A stretch of 64,000 nucleotides of DNA. It comes from Eledone cirrhosa. Taxonomy: Eukaryota. The number at the start of each line of letters is the position of its first letter. Positions within the stretch are counted from its first letter, which is position 1. The stretch covers positions 327,856,001-327,920,000 of the forward strand of contig OZ024743.1 of NCBI GenBank assembly GCA_964016885.1, in the 5' to 3' direction. The notes beneath the pieces are model-generated. The model was not told the origin of the DNA. It searched no databases and saw only the letters and a program-made list of their open reading frames with translations. Of this stretch, positions 25,620 to 40,000 are shown in pieces. The translations under genes and the position numbers were made by a program.

Positions 25620-28360
25620 GGCAGTGGCAAAGGAGGCTGTGTTGTGTATAGGAAGAAGTAGTCAGACACTATGTACTAGCAGAGGGGGAAGTAAGCTGGC
25701 AGTGGCAAGGAAAACTGTGTTGTGTATAGGAAGAAGTATTCAGACATTATGTACTAGCAGAGGGAACAGTTAGCTGGCAGTGGCAAGGAAGCTGTGTTGT
25801 GTATAGGAAGAAGTAGTCTGCCACTATGTACTAGCAGAGGGAATAGTAAGCTGGCAGTGGCAAGGAAGCTGTGTTGTGTATAGGAATAAATATTCAGACA
25901 TTATGTACTAGCAGAGGGAACAGTAAGCTGGCAGTGGCAAGGAAGCTGTGTTGTGGATAGGAAGAAGTAGTCAGACATTATGTACTAGCAGAGGGAACAG
26001 TAAGCTGGCAGTGGCAAGGAAGCTGTGTTGTGTATAGGAAGAAGGAGTCAGACACTATGTACTAGCAGAGGGAACAGTAAGCTGGCAGTGGCAAAGGAGG
26101 CTGTGTTGTGTATAGGAAGAAGTAGTCAGACACTATGTACTAGCAGAGGGAACAGTAAGCTGGCAGTGGCAAAGGAGGCTGTGTTGTGTATAGGAAGAAG
26201 TAGTCAGACACTATGTACTATCAGAGGGAACAGTAAGCTGGCAGTGGCAAGGAAGCTGTGTTGTTTATAGGAAGAAGGAGTCAGGCACTATGTACTAGCA
26301 GAAGGAACAGTAATCTGGCAGTGGCAAAGGAGGCTGTGTTGTGTATAGGAAGAAGTAGTCAGACATTATGTACTAGCAGAGGGAACAGTAAGCTGGCAGT
26401 GGCAAAGGAGGCTGTGTTGTGTATAGGAAGAAGTAGTCAGACATTATGTACTAGCAGAGGGAACAGTAAGCTGGCAGTGGCAAAGGAGGCTGTGTTGTGT
26501 ATATGAAGAAGTAGTCAGACATTATGTACAAGCAGAGGGAACAGTAAGCTGGCAGTGGCAAAGGAGGCTGTGTTGTGTATAGGAAGAAGTAGTGAGACAC
26601 TATGTACTAGCAGAGGAAACAGTAAGCTGGCAGTGGCAAAGGAGGCTGTGTTGTGTATAGGAAGAAGTAGTCAGACACTATGTACTAACAGAGGGAACAG
26701 TAAGCTGGCAGTGGCAAGGAAGCTGTGTTGTGTATAGGAAGAAAGAGTCAGACACTATGTACTAGCAGAGGGAACAGTAAGCTGGCAGTTGCAAAGGAGG
26801 CTGTGTTGCGTATAGGAAGAAGGAGTCAGACATTATGTACTAGCAGAGGGGGGCAGTAAGCTGGCAGTGGCAAAGGAGGCTGTGTTGTGTATAGGAAGAA
26901 GTAGTCAGAGACTATGTACTAGCAGAGGGAACAGTAAGCTGGCAGTGGCAAGGAAGCTGTGTTGTGTATAGGAAGAAGTAGTCAGACATTATGTACTAGC
27001 AGAGGGAACAGTAAGCTGGCAGTGGCAAGGAAGCTGTGTTGTGTATGGGAAGAAGTAGTCAGACATTATGTACTAGCAGAGGGAACAGTAAGCTGGCAGT
27101 GGCAAGGAAGCTGTGTTGTGTATAGGAAGAAGGAGTCAGACACTATGTACTAGCAGAGGGAACAGTAAGCTGGCAGTGGCAAAGGAGGCTGTGTTGTGTA
27201 TAGGAAGAAGGAGTCAGACACTATGTACTAGCAGAGGGAACAGTAATCTGGCAGTGGCAATGGAGGCTGTGTTGTGCATAGGCAGTAGTAGTCAGACATT
27301 ATGTACTAGCAGAGGGAACAGTAAGCTGGCAGTGGTAAACGAGGCTGTGTTGTGTATAGGAAGAAGTAGTCAGACACTATGTACTAGCAGAGGGAACAGT
27401 AAGCTGGCAGTGGCAAAGGAGGCACTGTTGTGTATAGGAAGAAGTAGTCAGACATTATGTACTAGCAGAGGGAACAGAAAGCTTGCAGTGGCAAGGAAGC
27501 TGTGTTGTGTATAGGAAGAAGTAGTCAGACACTATGTACTAGCAGAGGGAACAGTAAGCTGGCAGTGGCAAAGGAGGCTGTGTTGTGTATAGGAAGAAGT
27601 AGTCAGACATTATGTACTAGCAGAGGGAACAGTAAGCTGGCAGTGGCAAAGGAGGCTGTGTTGTGTATAGGAAGAAGTAGTCAGACATTATGTACTAGCA
27701 GAGGGAACAGTAAGCTGGCAGTGGCAAAGGAGGCTGTGTTATGTATAGGAAGAAGTAGTCAGACACTATGTACTAACAGAGGGAACAGTAAGCTGGCAGT
27801 GGCAAGGAAGCTGTGTTGTGTATAGGAAGAAGTAGTCAGACACTATGTACTAGCAGAGGAAACAGTAAGCTGGCAGTGGCAAGGAAACTGTGTTGTGTAT
27901 AGGAAGAAGTAGTCAGACACTATGTACTAGCAGAGGGAACAGTAAGATGTCAGTGGCAAGGAAGCTGTGTTGTGTATAGGAAGAAGTAGTCAGACACTAT
28001 GTACTAGCAGAGGGAACAGTAAGCTGGCAGTGGCAAGGAGGCTGTGTTGTGTATAGGAAGAAGTAGTCAGACACTATGTACTAGCAGAGGGAACAGTAAG
28101 ATGTCAGTGGCAAGGAAGCTGTGTTGTGTATAGGAAGAAAGAGTCAGACACTATGTACTAGCAGAGAGAACAGTAATCTGGCAGTGGCAAGGAAGCTGTG
28201 TTGTGTATAGGAAGAAAGAGTCGGACACTATGTACTAGCAGAGGGAACAGTAAGCTGGCAGTTGCAAAGGAGGCTGTGTTGCGTATAGGAAGAAGGAGTC
28301 AGACATTATGTACTAGCAGAGGGAGCAGTAAGCTGGCAGTGGCAAAGGAGGCTGTGTTGT
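25620..28360 (+). repeat. Tract enriched in the 78-bp monomer subtype
   Basis: Repeated GGCAAAGGAGGCTGTG; ORF cluster 25483..28464. Confidence 0.88.
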
Positions 28361-29629
28361 GTATAGGAAGATGTAGTCAGAGACTATGTACTAGCAGAGG
28401 GAACAGTAAGCTGGCAGTGGCAAGGAAGCTGTGTTGTGTATGGGAAGAAGTAGTCAGACATTAAGTACTAGCAGAGGGAACAGTAAGCTGGCAGTGGCAA
28501 GGAAGCTGTGTTGTGTATAGGAAGGAGTCATACATTATGTACTAGCAGAGGGAACAGTAAGCTGGCAGTGGCAAGGAAGCTGTGTCGTGTATAGGAAGAA
28601 GTAGTCAGACACTATGTACTAACAGAGGGAGCAGTAAGCTGGCAGTGGCCAGGAAGCTGTGTTGTGTATAGGAAGAAGTAGTCAGACATTATATACTAGC
28701 AGAGGGAAAAGTAGGCTGGCAGTGGCCAGGAATCTGTGTTGTGTATAGGAAGAAGTAGTCAGACATTATATACTAGCACAGGGAACAGTAAGCTGGCAGT
28801 GGCAAGGAAGCTGTGTTGTGTATAGGAAGAAGTAGTCAGACATTATGTACTAGCAGAGGGAACAGTAAGCTGGCAGTGGCAAGGAAGCTGTGTTGTGTAT
28901 AGGAAGAAGTAGTCAGACATTATGTACTAGCAGAGGGAACAGTAAGCTGGCAGTGGCAAGGAAGCTGTGCTGTGTATAGGAAGAAGTAGTCAGACATTAT
29001 GTACTAGCACAGGGAACAGTAAGCTGGCCGTGGCAAGGAAGCTGTGTTGTGTATAGGAAGAAGTAGTCAGACATTATGTACTAGCAGAGGGAACAGTAAG
29101 CTGGCAGTGGCAAGGAAGCTGTGTTGTGTATGGGAAGAAGTAGTCAGACATTATATACTAGCAGAGGGAACAGTAAGCTGGCAGTGGCCAGGAATCTGTG
29201 TTGTGTATAGGAAGAAGTAGTCAGACATTATATACTAGCAGAGGGAACAGTAAGCTGGCAGTGGCAAGGAAGCTGTGTTGTGTACAGGAAGAAGTAGTCA
29301 GACATTATGTACTAGCAGAGGGAACAGTAAGCTGGCAGTGGCAAGGAAGCTGTGTTGTGTATAGGAAGAAGTAGTCAGACATTATGTACTAGCAGAGGGA
29401 ACAGTAAGCTGGCAGTGGCAAGGAAGCTGTGCTGTGTATAGGAAGAAGTAGTCAGACATTATGTACTAGCACAGGGAACAGTAAGCTGGCAGTGGCAAGG
29501 AAGCTGTGTTGTGTATAGGAAGAAGTAGTCAGACATTATGTACTAGCACAGGGAACAGTAAGCTGGCAGTGGCAAAGAAGCTGTGTTGTGTATAGGAAGA
29601 AGTAGTCAGACATTATGTACTAGCAGAGG

Positions 29630-31930
29630 GAACAGTAAGCTGGCAGTGGCAAGGAAGCTGTGCTGTGTATAGGAAGAAGTAGTCAGACATTATGTACTAG
29701 CAGAGGGAACAGTAAGCTGGCAGTTGCAAGGAAGCTGTGTTGTGTATAGGAAGAAGTAGTCAGACATTATGTACTAGCAGAGGGAACAGTAAGCTGGCAG
29801 TGGCAAGGAAGCTGTGCTGTGTATAGGAAGAAGTAGTCAGCCACTATGTACTATCAGAGGGAGGAGTAAGCTGGCAGTGGAAAGGAAGCTGTGTTGTGTA
29901 TAGTAAGAAGTAGTCAGACATTATGTACTAGCAGAGGGAACAGTAAGCTGGCAGTGGCAAGGAAGCTGTGCTGTGTATAGGAAGAAGTAGTCAGCCACTA
30001 TGTACTATCAGAGGGAGGAGTAAGCTGGCAGTGGCAAGGAAGCTGTGCTGTGTATAGGAAGAAGTAGTCAGATATTATGTACTAGCAGAGGGAACAGTAA
30101 GCTGGCAGTGGCAAGGAAGCTGTGCTGTGTATAGGAAGAAGTAGTCAGCCACTATGTACTATGAGAGGGAGGAGTAAGCTGGCAGTGGCAAGGAAGCTGT
30201 GATGTGTATAGAAAGAAGTAGTCAGACATTATGTACTAGCAGAGGGAACAGTAAGCTGGCAGTGGCAAGGAAGCTGTGCTGTGTATAGGAAGAAGTAGTC
30301 AGACACTATGTACTAGCAGAGGGAACAGTAAGCTGGCAGTGGCAAGGAAGCTGTGCTGTGTATAGGAAGAAGTAGTCAGCCACTATGTACTAGCAGAGGG
30401 ACAGTAAGCTGACAGTGGCAAGGAAGCTGTGCTGTGTACAGGAGGAAGGAGTCAGACACTATGTACTACGAGAGGGAACAGTAAGCTGGCAGTGGCAAGG
30501 AAGCTGTGTTGTGTATAGGAAGAAGTTGTCAGACATTATGTACTAGCAGAGGGAACAGTAAGCTGACAGTGGCAAGGAAGCTGTGTTGTGTATAGGAAGG
30601 AGTCAGATATTATGCACTAGCAGAGGGAACAGTAAGCTGGCAGTGGCAAGGAAGCTGTGTCGTGTATAGGAAGAAGAAGTCAAACATTATATACTAGCAG
30701 AGGAAGCAGTAAGCTGACAGTGGCAAGGAAGCTGTGTTTTGTACAGGAGGAAGTAGTCAGACACTATGTACTAGCAGAGGGAACAGTAAGCTGGCAGTGG
30801 CAAGGAAGCTGTGCTGTGTATAGGAAGAAGTAGTCAGACATTATGTACTAGCAGAGGGAACAGTAAGCTGGCAGTTGCAAGGAAGCTGTGTTGTGTATAG
30901 GAAGAAGTAGTCAGACATTATGTACTAGCAGAGGGAACAGTAAGCTGGCAGTGGCAAGGAAGCTGTGCTGTGTATAGGAAGAAGTAGTCAGCCACTATGT
31001 ACTATCAGAGGGAGGAGTAAGCTGGCAGTGGAAAGGAAGCTGTGTTGTGTATAGTAAGAAGTAGTCAGACATTATGTACTAGCAGAGGGAACAGTAAGCT
31101 GGCAGTGGCAAGGAAGCTGTGCTGTGTATAGGAAGAAGTAGTCAGCCACTATGTACTATCAGAGGGAGGAGTAAGCTGGCAGTGGCAAGGAAGCTGTGCT
31201 GTGTATAGGAAGAAGTAGTCAGATATTATGTACTAGCAGAGGGAACAGTAAGCTGGCAGTGGCAAGGAAGCTGTGCTGTGTATAGGAAGAAGTAGTCAGC
31301 CACTATGTACTATCAGAGGGAGGAGTAAGCTGGCAGTGGCAAGGAAGCTGTGATGTGTATAGGAAGAAGTAGTCAGACATTATGTACTAGCAGAGGGAAC
31401 AGTAAGCTGGCAGTGGCAAGGAAGCTGTGCTGTGTATAGGAAGAAGTAGTCAGACACTATGTACTAGCAGAGGGAACAGTAAGCTGGCAGTGGCAAGGAA
31501 GCTGTGCTGTGTATAGGAAGAAGTAGTCAGCCACTATGTACTAGCAGAGGGACAGTAAGCTGACAGTGGCAAGGAAGCTGTGCTGTGTACAGGAGGAAGG
31601 AGTCAGACACTATGTACTACGAGAGGGAACAGTAAGCTGGCAGTGGCAAGGAAGCTGTGTTGTGTATAGGAAGAAGTTGTCAGACATTATGTACTAGCAG
31701 AGGGAACAGTAAGCTGACAGTGGCAAGGAAGCTGTGTTGTGTATAGGAAGGAGTCAGATATTATGCACTAGCAGAGGGAACAGTAAGCTGGCAGTGGCAA
31801 GGAAGCTGTGTCGTGTATAGGAAGAAGAAGTCAAACATTATATACTAGCAGAGGAAGCAGTAAGCTGACAGTGGCAAGGAAGCTGTGTTTTGTACAGGAG
31901 GAAGGAGTCAGAGACTATGTACTAGCAGAG
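29630..31930 (+). repeat. Tandem duplication of a 15-monomer (1151-bp) unit containing a 154-bp dimeric sub-period
   Basis: The 1-bp-deleted GAGGGACAGTAAGCTGAC is at about 30401 and 31552 (1151 = 15x77-4, accounted for by one 1-bp and one 3-bp deletion). The variant CCACTATGTACTAT(C/G)AGAGGGAGG is at 29841, 29995 and 30149. Confidence 0.88.
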
Positions 31931-34099
31931 GGAACAGTAAGCTGGCAGTGGCAAGGAAGCTGTGTTGTGTATGGGAAGAAGTAGTCAGACATTATGTACT
32001 AGCAGAGGGAACAGTAAGCTGGCAGTGGCAAGGAAGCTGTGTTGCGTATTATAAGAAGTAGTCAGACATTATGTACTAGTAGAGGGAACAGTAAGCTGGC
32101 AGCGGCAAGGAAGCTGTGTTGTGTATAGCAAGGAGTCAGACATTATGTACTAGCAGAGGGAACAGTATGCTGACAGTGGCAAGGAAGCTCTGTTGTGTAT
32201 AGGAAGGAGTCAGACATTATGTACTAGCAGAGGGAACAGTAAGCTGGCAGTGGCAAGGAAGCTGTGTCGTGTATAGGAAGAAGTAGTCAGACACTATGTA
32301 CTAACAGAAGGAGCAGTAAGCTGGCAGTGGCCAGGAAGCTGTGTTGTGTATAGGAAGAAGTAGTCAGACATTATATACTAGCAGAGGGAACAGTAGGCTG
32401 GCAGTGGCCAGGAATCTGTGTTGTGTATAGGAAGAAGTAGTCAGACATTATATACTAGCACAGGGAACAGTAAGCTGGCAGTGGCAAGGAAGCTGTGTTG
32501 TGTATAGGAAGAAGAAGTCAGACATTATGTACTAGCAGAGGGAACAGTAAGCTGGCAGTGGCAAGGAAGCTGTGTTGTGTATAGGAAGAAGTAGTCAGAC
32601 ATTATGTACTAGCAGAGGGAATAGTAAGCTGGCAGTGGCAAGGAAGCTGTGCTGTGTATAGGAAGAAGTAGTCAGACATTATGTACTAGCACAGGGAACA
32701 GTAAGCTGGCAGTGGCAAGGAAGCTGTGTTGTGTATAGGAAGAAGTAGTCAGACATTATGTACTAGCAGAGGGAACAGTAAGCTGGCAGTGGCAAGGAAG
32801 CTGTGTTGTGTATAGGAAGAAGTAGTCAGACATTATATACTAGCAGAGGGAACAGTAAGCTGGCAGTGGCCAGGAATCTGTGTTGTGTATAGGAAGAAGT
32901 AGTCAGACATTATATACTAGCAGAGGGAACAGTAAGCTGGCAGTGGCAAGGAAGCTGTGTTGTGTACAGGAAGAAGTAGTCAGACATTATGTACTAGCAG
33001 AGGGAACAGTAAGCTGGCAGTGGCAAGGAAGCTGTGTTGTGTATAGGAAGAAGTAGTCAGACATTATGTACTAGCAGAGGGAACAGTAAGCTGGCAGTGG
33101 CAAGGAAGCTGTGCTGTGTATAGGAAGAAGTAGTCAGACATTATGTACTAGCACAGGGAACAGTAAGCTGGCAGTGGCAAGGAAGCTGTGTTGTGTATAG
33201 GAAGAAGTAGTCAGACATTATGTACTAGCACAGGGAACAGTAAGCTGGCAGTGGCAAGGAAGCTGTGTTGTGTATGGGAAGAAGTAGTCAGACATTATGT
33301 ACTAGCAGAGGGAACAGTAAGCTGGCAGTGGCAAGGAAGCTGTGCTGTGTATAGGAAGAAGTAGTCAGACATTATGTACTAGCAGAGGGAACAGTAAGCT
33401 GGCAGTTGCAAGGAAGCTGTGTTGTGTATAGGAAGAAGTAGTCAGACATTATGTACTAGCAGAGGGAACAGTAAGCTGGCAGTGGCAAGGAAGCTGTGCT
33501 GTGTATAGGAAGAAGTAGTCAGCCACTATGTACTATCAGAGGGAGGAGTAAGCTGGCAGTGGAAAGGAAGCTGTGTTGTGTATAGGAAGAAGTAGTCAGA
33601 CATTATGTACTAGCTGAGGGAACAGTAAGCTGGCAGTGGCAAGGAAGATGTGCTGTGTATAGGAAGAAGTAGTCAGCCACTATGTACTATCAGAGGGAGG
33701 AGTAAGCTGGCAGTGGCAAGGAAGCTGTGCTGTGTATAGGAAGAAGTAGTCAGACATTATGTACTAGCAGAGGGAACAGTAAGCTGGTAGTGGCAAGGAA
33801 GCTGTGCTGTGTATAGGAAGAAGTAGTCAGCCACTATGTACTATCAGAGGGAGGAGTAAGCTGGCAGTGGCAAGGAAGCTGTGATGGGTATAGGAAGAAG
33901 TAGTCAGACATTATGTACTAGCAGAGGGAACAGTAAGCTGGCAGTGGCAAGGAAGCTGTGCTGTGTATAGGAAGAAGTAGTCAGACACTATGTACTAGCA
34001 GAGGGAACAGTAAGCTGGCAGTGGCAAGGAAGCTGCGCTGTGTATAGGAAGAAGTAGTCAGCCACTATGTACTAGCAGAGGGACAGTAAGCTGACAGTG

Positions 34100-37000
34100 G
34101 CAAGGAAGCTGTGCTGTGTACAGGAGGAAGGAGTCAGACACTATGTACTACGAGAGGGAACAGTAAGCTGGCAGTGGCAAGGAAGCTGTGTTGTGTATAG
34201 GAAGAAGTTGTCAGACATTATGTACTAGCAGAGGGAACGGTAAGCTGACAGTGGCAAGGAAGCTGTGTTGTGTATAGGAAGGAGTCAGATATTATGCACT
34301 AGTAGAGGGAACAGTAAGCTGGCAGTGGCAAGGAAGCTGTGTCGTGTATAGGAAGAAGAAGTCACATATTATATACTAGCAGAGGAAGCAGTAAGCTGAC
34401 AGTGGCAAGGAAGCTGTGTTTTGTACAGGAGGAAGGAGTCAGACACTATGTAATACGAGAGGGAAGAGTAAGCTGCCAGTGGCAAGGAAGCTCTGTTGTG
34501 TATAGGAAGACGTAGTCAGACATTATGTACTAGCAGAGGGAACAGTAAGCTGGCAGTGGCAAGGAAGCTGTGTTGTGTATAGGAAGAAAGAGTCAGACAC
34601 TATGTACTAGCAGAGGGAGCAGTAAGCTGGCATTCGCAAGGAAACTGTGTTGTGTATAGGAAGAAGGAGTCAGACACTATGTACTAGCAGAGGAAACAGT
34701 AAGCTGGCAGTGGTAAGGAAGCTGTGTTGTGTATAGGAAGAAGTAGTCAGACACTATGTACTACGAGAGGGAACGGTAAGCTGGCAGTGGCAAGGAAGCT
34801 GTGTTGTGTATAGGAAGAAGTAGTCAGACATTATGTACTAGCAGAGGGAGCAGTAAGCTGGCAGTGGCAAGGAACCTGTGTTGTGTATAGGAAGAAGTAG
34901 TCAGACATTATGTACTAGCAGAGGAAACATTAAGCTGTCTGTGGTAAGGAAGCTGTGTTGTGTATAGGAAGAAAGAGTCAGACACTATGTACTACGAGAG
35001 GGAACAGTAAGCTGGCAGTGGCAAGGAAGCTGTGTTGTGTATAGGAAGAAGTAGTAAGACATTATGTACTAGCAGAGGGAGCAGTAAGCTGGCAGTGGCA
35101 AGGAACCTGTGTTGTGTATAGGAAGAAGTATTCAGACATTATGTACTAGCAGAGGGGGAAGTAAGCTGGCAGTGGCAAGGAGGCTGTGTTATGTATAGGA
35201 AGAAGTAGTCTGCCACTATGTACTAGCAGAGGGAACAGCAAGCTGGCAGTGGCAAGGAAGCTGTGTTGTGTATAGGAAGAAGTAGTCTGCCACTATATAC
35301 TAGCAGAGGGAACAGTAAGCTGGCAGTGGCAAGGAAGCTGTGTTGTGTATAGGAAGAAGTAGTCAGACATTATGTACTAGCAGAGGGAACAGTAAGCTGG
35401 CAGTGGCAAGGAAGCTGTGTTGTGTATAGGAAGAAGTAGTCAGACATTATGTACTAGCAGAGGGAACAGTAAGCTGGCAGTGGCAAGGAAGCTGTGCTGT
35501 GTATAGGAAGAAGTAGTCAGATATTATGTACTAGCAGAGGGAACAGTAAGCTGGCAGTTGCAAGGAAGCTGTGTTGTGTATAGGAAGAAGTAGTCAGACG
35601 TTATGTACTAGCAGAGGGAACAGTAAGCTGGCAGTGGCAAGGAAGCTGTGCTGTCTATAGGAAGAAGTAGTCAGCCACTATGTACTAGCAGAGGGAACAG
35701 TAAGCTGGCAGTGGCAAGGAAGCTGTGCTGTGTATAGGAAGAAGTAGTCAGACACTATGTACTAGCAGAGGGAGCAGTAAGCTGGCAGTCGCAAGGAAAC
35801 TGTGTTGTGTATAGGAAGAAGGAGTCAGACACTATGTACTAGCAGAGGAAACAGTAAGCTGGCAGTGGTAAGGAAGCTGTGTTGTGTATAGGAAGAAAGA
35901 GTCAGACACTATGTACTACGAGAGGGAACAGTAAGCTGGCAGTGGCAAGGAAGCTGTGCTGTGTATAGGAAGACGTAGTCAGACAATATGTGCTAGCAGA
36001 GGGAACAGTAAGCTGGCAGTGGCAAGGAAGCTGTGTTGTGTATAGGAAGAAAGAGTCAGACACTATGTACTAGCAGAGGGAACAGTAAGCTGGCAGTGGC
36101 AAGCAAGCTGTGTTGTGTATAGGAAGAAGTAGACAGACATTATGTACTATCAGAGGGAGCAGTAAGCTGGCAGTGGCAAGGAACCTGTGTTGTGTATAGG
36201 AAGAAGTAGTCAGACATTATGTACTAGCAGAGGAAACAGTAAGCTGGCAGTGGTAAGGAAGCTGTGTTGCGTATAGGAAGAAAGAGTCAGACACTATGTA
36301 CTACGAGAGGGAACAGTAAGCTGGCAGTGGCAAGGAAGCTGTGTTGTGTATAGGAAGAAGTAGTCAGACATTATGTACTAGCAGAGGGAGCAGTAAGCTG
36401 GCAGTGGCAAGGAACCTGTGTTGTGTATAGGAAGAAGTAGTCAGACATTATGTACTAATAGAAGGAACAGTAAGCTGGCAGTGGCAAGGAAGCTGTGTTG
36501 TGTATAGGAAGAAGTAGTCAGCCACTATGTACTAGCAGAAGGAATAGTAAGTTGGCAGTGGCAAGGAAGCTGTGTTGTGTATAGGAAGAAGTAGTGAGAC
36601 ATTATATACTAGCACAGGGAACAGTAAGCTGGCAGTGGCAAGGAAGCTGTGTTGTGTATAGGAAGAAGTAGTCAGACATTATGTACTAGCAGAGGGAACA
36701 GTAAGCTGGCAGTGGCAAAGGAGGCTGTGTTGTGTATAGGAAGAAGTAGTCAGACATTATGTACTAGCAGAGGGAACAGTAAGCTGGCAGTGGCAAAGGA
36801 GGCTGTGTTGTGTATAGGCAGTAGGAGTCAGACACTATGTACTAGCAGAGGGAACAGTAAGCTGGCAGTGGCAAAGGAGGCTGTGTTGTGTATAGGAAGA
36901 AGTAGTCAGACACTATGTACTAGCAGAGGGAACTGTAATCTGGCAGTGGCAACGGAGGCTGTGTTGTGCATAGGCAATAGTAGTCAGACATTATGTACTA

Positions 37001-40000
37001 GCAGAGGGAACAGTAAGCTGGCAGTGGTAAACGAGGCTGTGTTGTGTATAGGAAGAAGTAGTCAGACACTATGTACTAGCAGAGGGAACAGTAAGCTGGC
37101 AGTGGCAAAGGAGGCACTGTTGTGTATAGGAAGAAGTAGTCAGACATTATGTACTAGCAGAGGGAACAGAAAGCTTGCAGTGGCAAGGAAGCTGTGTTGT
37201 GTATAGGAAGAAGTAGTCAGACACTATGTACTAGCAGAGGGAACAGTAAGCTGGCAGTGGCAAAGGAGGCTGTGTTGTGTATAGGAAGAAGTAGTCAGAC
37301 ATTATGTACTAGCAGAGGGAACAGTAAGCTGGCAGTGGCAAAGGAGGCTGTGTTGTGTATAGGAAGAAGTAGTCAGACATTATGTACTAGCAGAGGGAAC
37401 AGTAAGCTGGCAGTGGCAAAGGAGGCTGTGTTGTGTATAGGAAGAAGTAGTCAGACATTATGTACTAGCAGAGGGAACAGTAAGCTGGCAGTGGCAAAGG
37501 AGGCTGTGTTGTGTATAGGAAGAAGTAGTCAGTCATTATGTACTAGCAGAGGGAACAGTAAGCTGGCAGTGGCAAAGGAGGCTGTGTTGTGTATAGGAAG
37601 AAGTAGTCAGACATTATGTACTAGCAGAGGGAACAGTAAGCTGGCAGTGGCAAAGGAGGCTGTGTTGTGTATAGGAAGAAGTAGTGAGAGACTATGTACT
37701 AGCAGAGGGAACAGTAAGCTGGCAGTGGCAAAGGAGGCTGTGTTGTGTATAGGAAGAAGTAGTCAGACACTATGTACTAACAGAGGGAACAGTAAGCTGG
37801 CAGTGGCAAGGAAGCTGTGTTGTGTATAGGAAGAAGTAGTCAGACACTATGTACTAGCAGAGGGAACAGTAAGCTGGCAGTGGCAAGGAAACTGTGTTGT
37901 GTATAGGAAGAAGTAGTCAGACACTATGTACTAGCAGAGGGAACAGTAAGATGTCAGTGGCAAGGAAGCTGTGTTGTGTATAGGAAGAAGTAGTCAGACA
38001 CTATGTACTAGCAGAGGGAACAGTAAGCTGGCAGTGGCAAGGAGGCTGTGTTGTGTATAGGAAGAAGTAGTCAGACACTATGTACTAGCAGAGGGAACAG
38101 TAAGATGTCAGTGGCAAGGAAGCTGTGTTGTGTATAGGAAGAAAGAGTCAGACACTATGTACTAGCAGAGGGAACAGTAATCTGGCAGTGGCAAGGAAGC
38201 TGTGTTGTGTATAGGAAGAAAGAGTCAGACACTATGTACTAGCAGAGGGAACAGTAATCTGGCAGTGGCAAAGGAGGCTGTGTTGTGTATAGGCAGTAGT
38301 AGTCAGACACTATGTACTAGCAGAGGGAGCAGTAAGCTGGCAGTGGCAAAGGAGGCTGTGCTGTGTATAGGAAGAAGTAGTCAGACATTATGTACTAGCA
38401 CAGGGAACAGTAAGCTGGCAGTGGCAAGGAAGCTGTGCTGTGTATAGGAAGAAGTAGTCAGACATTATGTACTAGCACAGGGAACAGTAAGCTGGCAGTG
38501 GCAAGGAAGCTGTGCTGTGTACAGGAGGAAGGAGTCAGACACTATGTACTACGAGAGGGAACAGTAAGCTGGCAGTGGCAAGGAAGCTGTGTTGTGTATA
38601 GGAAGAAGTTGTCAGACATTATGTACTAGCAGAGGGAACGGTAAGCTGACAGTGGCAAGGAAGCTGTGTTGTGTATAGGAAGGAGTCAGATATTATGCAC
38701 TAGCAGAGGGAACAGTTAGCTGGCAGTGGCAAGGAAGCTGTGTCGTGTATAGGAAGAAGAAGTCAAACATTATATACTAGCAGAGGAAGCAGTAAGCTGA
38801 CAGTGGCAAGGAAGCTGTGTTTTGTACAGGAGGAAGGAGTCAGACACTATGTAATACGAGAGGGAACAGTAAGCTGGCAGTGGCAAGGAAGCTCTGTTGT
38901 GTATAGGAAGACGTAGTCAGACATTATGTACTAGCAGAGGGAACAGTAAGCTGGCAGTGGCAAGGAAGCTGTGTTGTGTATAGGAAGAAAGAGTCAGACA
39001 CTATGTACTAGCAGAGGGAGCAGTAAGCTGGCATTCGCAAGGAAACTGTGTTGTGTATAGGAAGAAGGAGTCAGACACTATGTACTAGCAGAGGAAACAG
39101 TAAGCTGGCAGTGGTAAGGAAGCTGTGTTGTGTATAGGAAGAAGTAGTCAGACACTATGTACTACGAGAGGGAACGGTAAGCTGGCAGTGGCAAGGAAGC
39201 TGTGTTGTGTATAGGAAGAAGTAGTCAGACATTATGTACTAGCAGAGGGAGCAGTAAGCTGGCAGTGGCAAGGAACCTGTGTTGTGTATAGGAAGAAGTA
39301 GTCAGACATTATGTACTAGCAGAGGAAACATTAAGCTGTCTGTGGTAAGGAAGCTGTGTTGTGTATAGGAAGAAAGAGTCAGACACTATGTACTACGAGA
39401 GGGAACAGTAAGCTGGCAGTGGCAAGGAAGCTGTGTTGTGTATAGGAAGAAGTAGTAAGACATTATGTACTAGCAGAGGGAGCAGTAAGCTGGCAGTGGC
39501 AAGGAACCTGTGTTGTGTATAGGAAGAAGTATTCAGACATTATGTACTAGCAGAGGGGGAAGTAAGCTGGCAGTGGCAAGGAGGCTGTGTTATGTATAGG
39601 AAGAAGTAGTCTGCCACTATGTACTAGCAGAGGGAACAGCAAGCTGGCAGTGGCAAGGAAGCTGTGTTGTGTATAGGAAGAAGTAGTCTGCCACTATATA
39701 CTAGCAGAGGGAACAGTAAGCTGGCAGTGGCAAGGAAGCTGTGTTGTGTATAGGAAGAAGTAGTCAGACATTATGTACTAGCAGAGGGAACAGTAAGCTG
39801 GCAGTGGCAAGGAAGCTGTGTTGTGTATAGGAAGAAGTAGTCAGACATTATGTACTAGCAGAGGGAACAGTAAGCTGGCAGTGGCAAGGAAGCTGTGCTG
39901 TGTATAGGAAGAAGTAGTCAGATATTATGTACTAGCAGAGGGAACAGTAAGCTGGCAGTTGCAAGGAAGCTGTGTTGTGTATAGGAAGAAGTAGTCAGAC

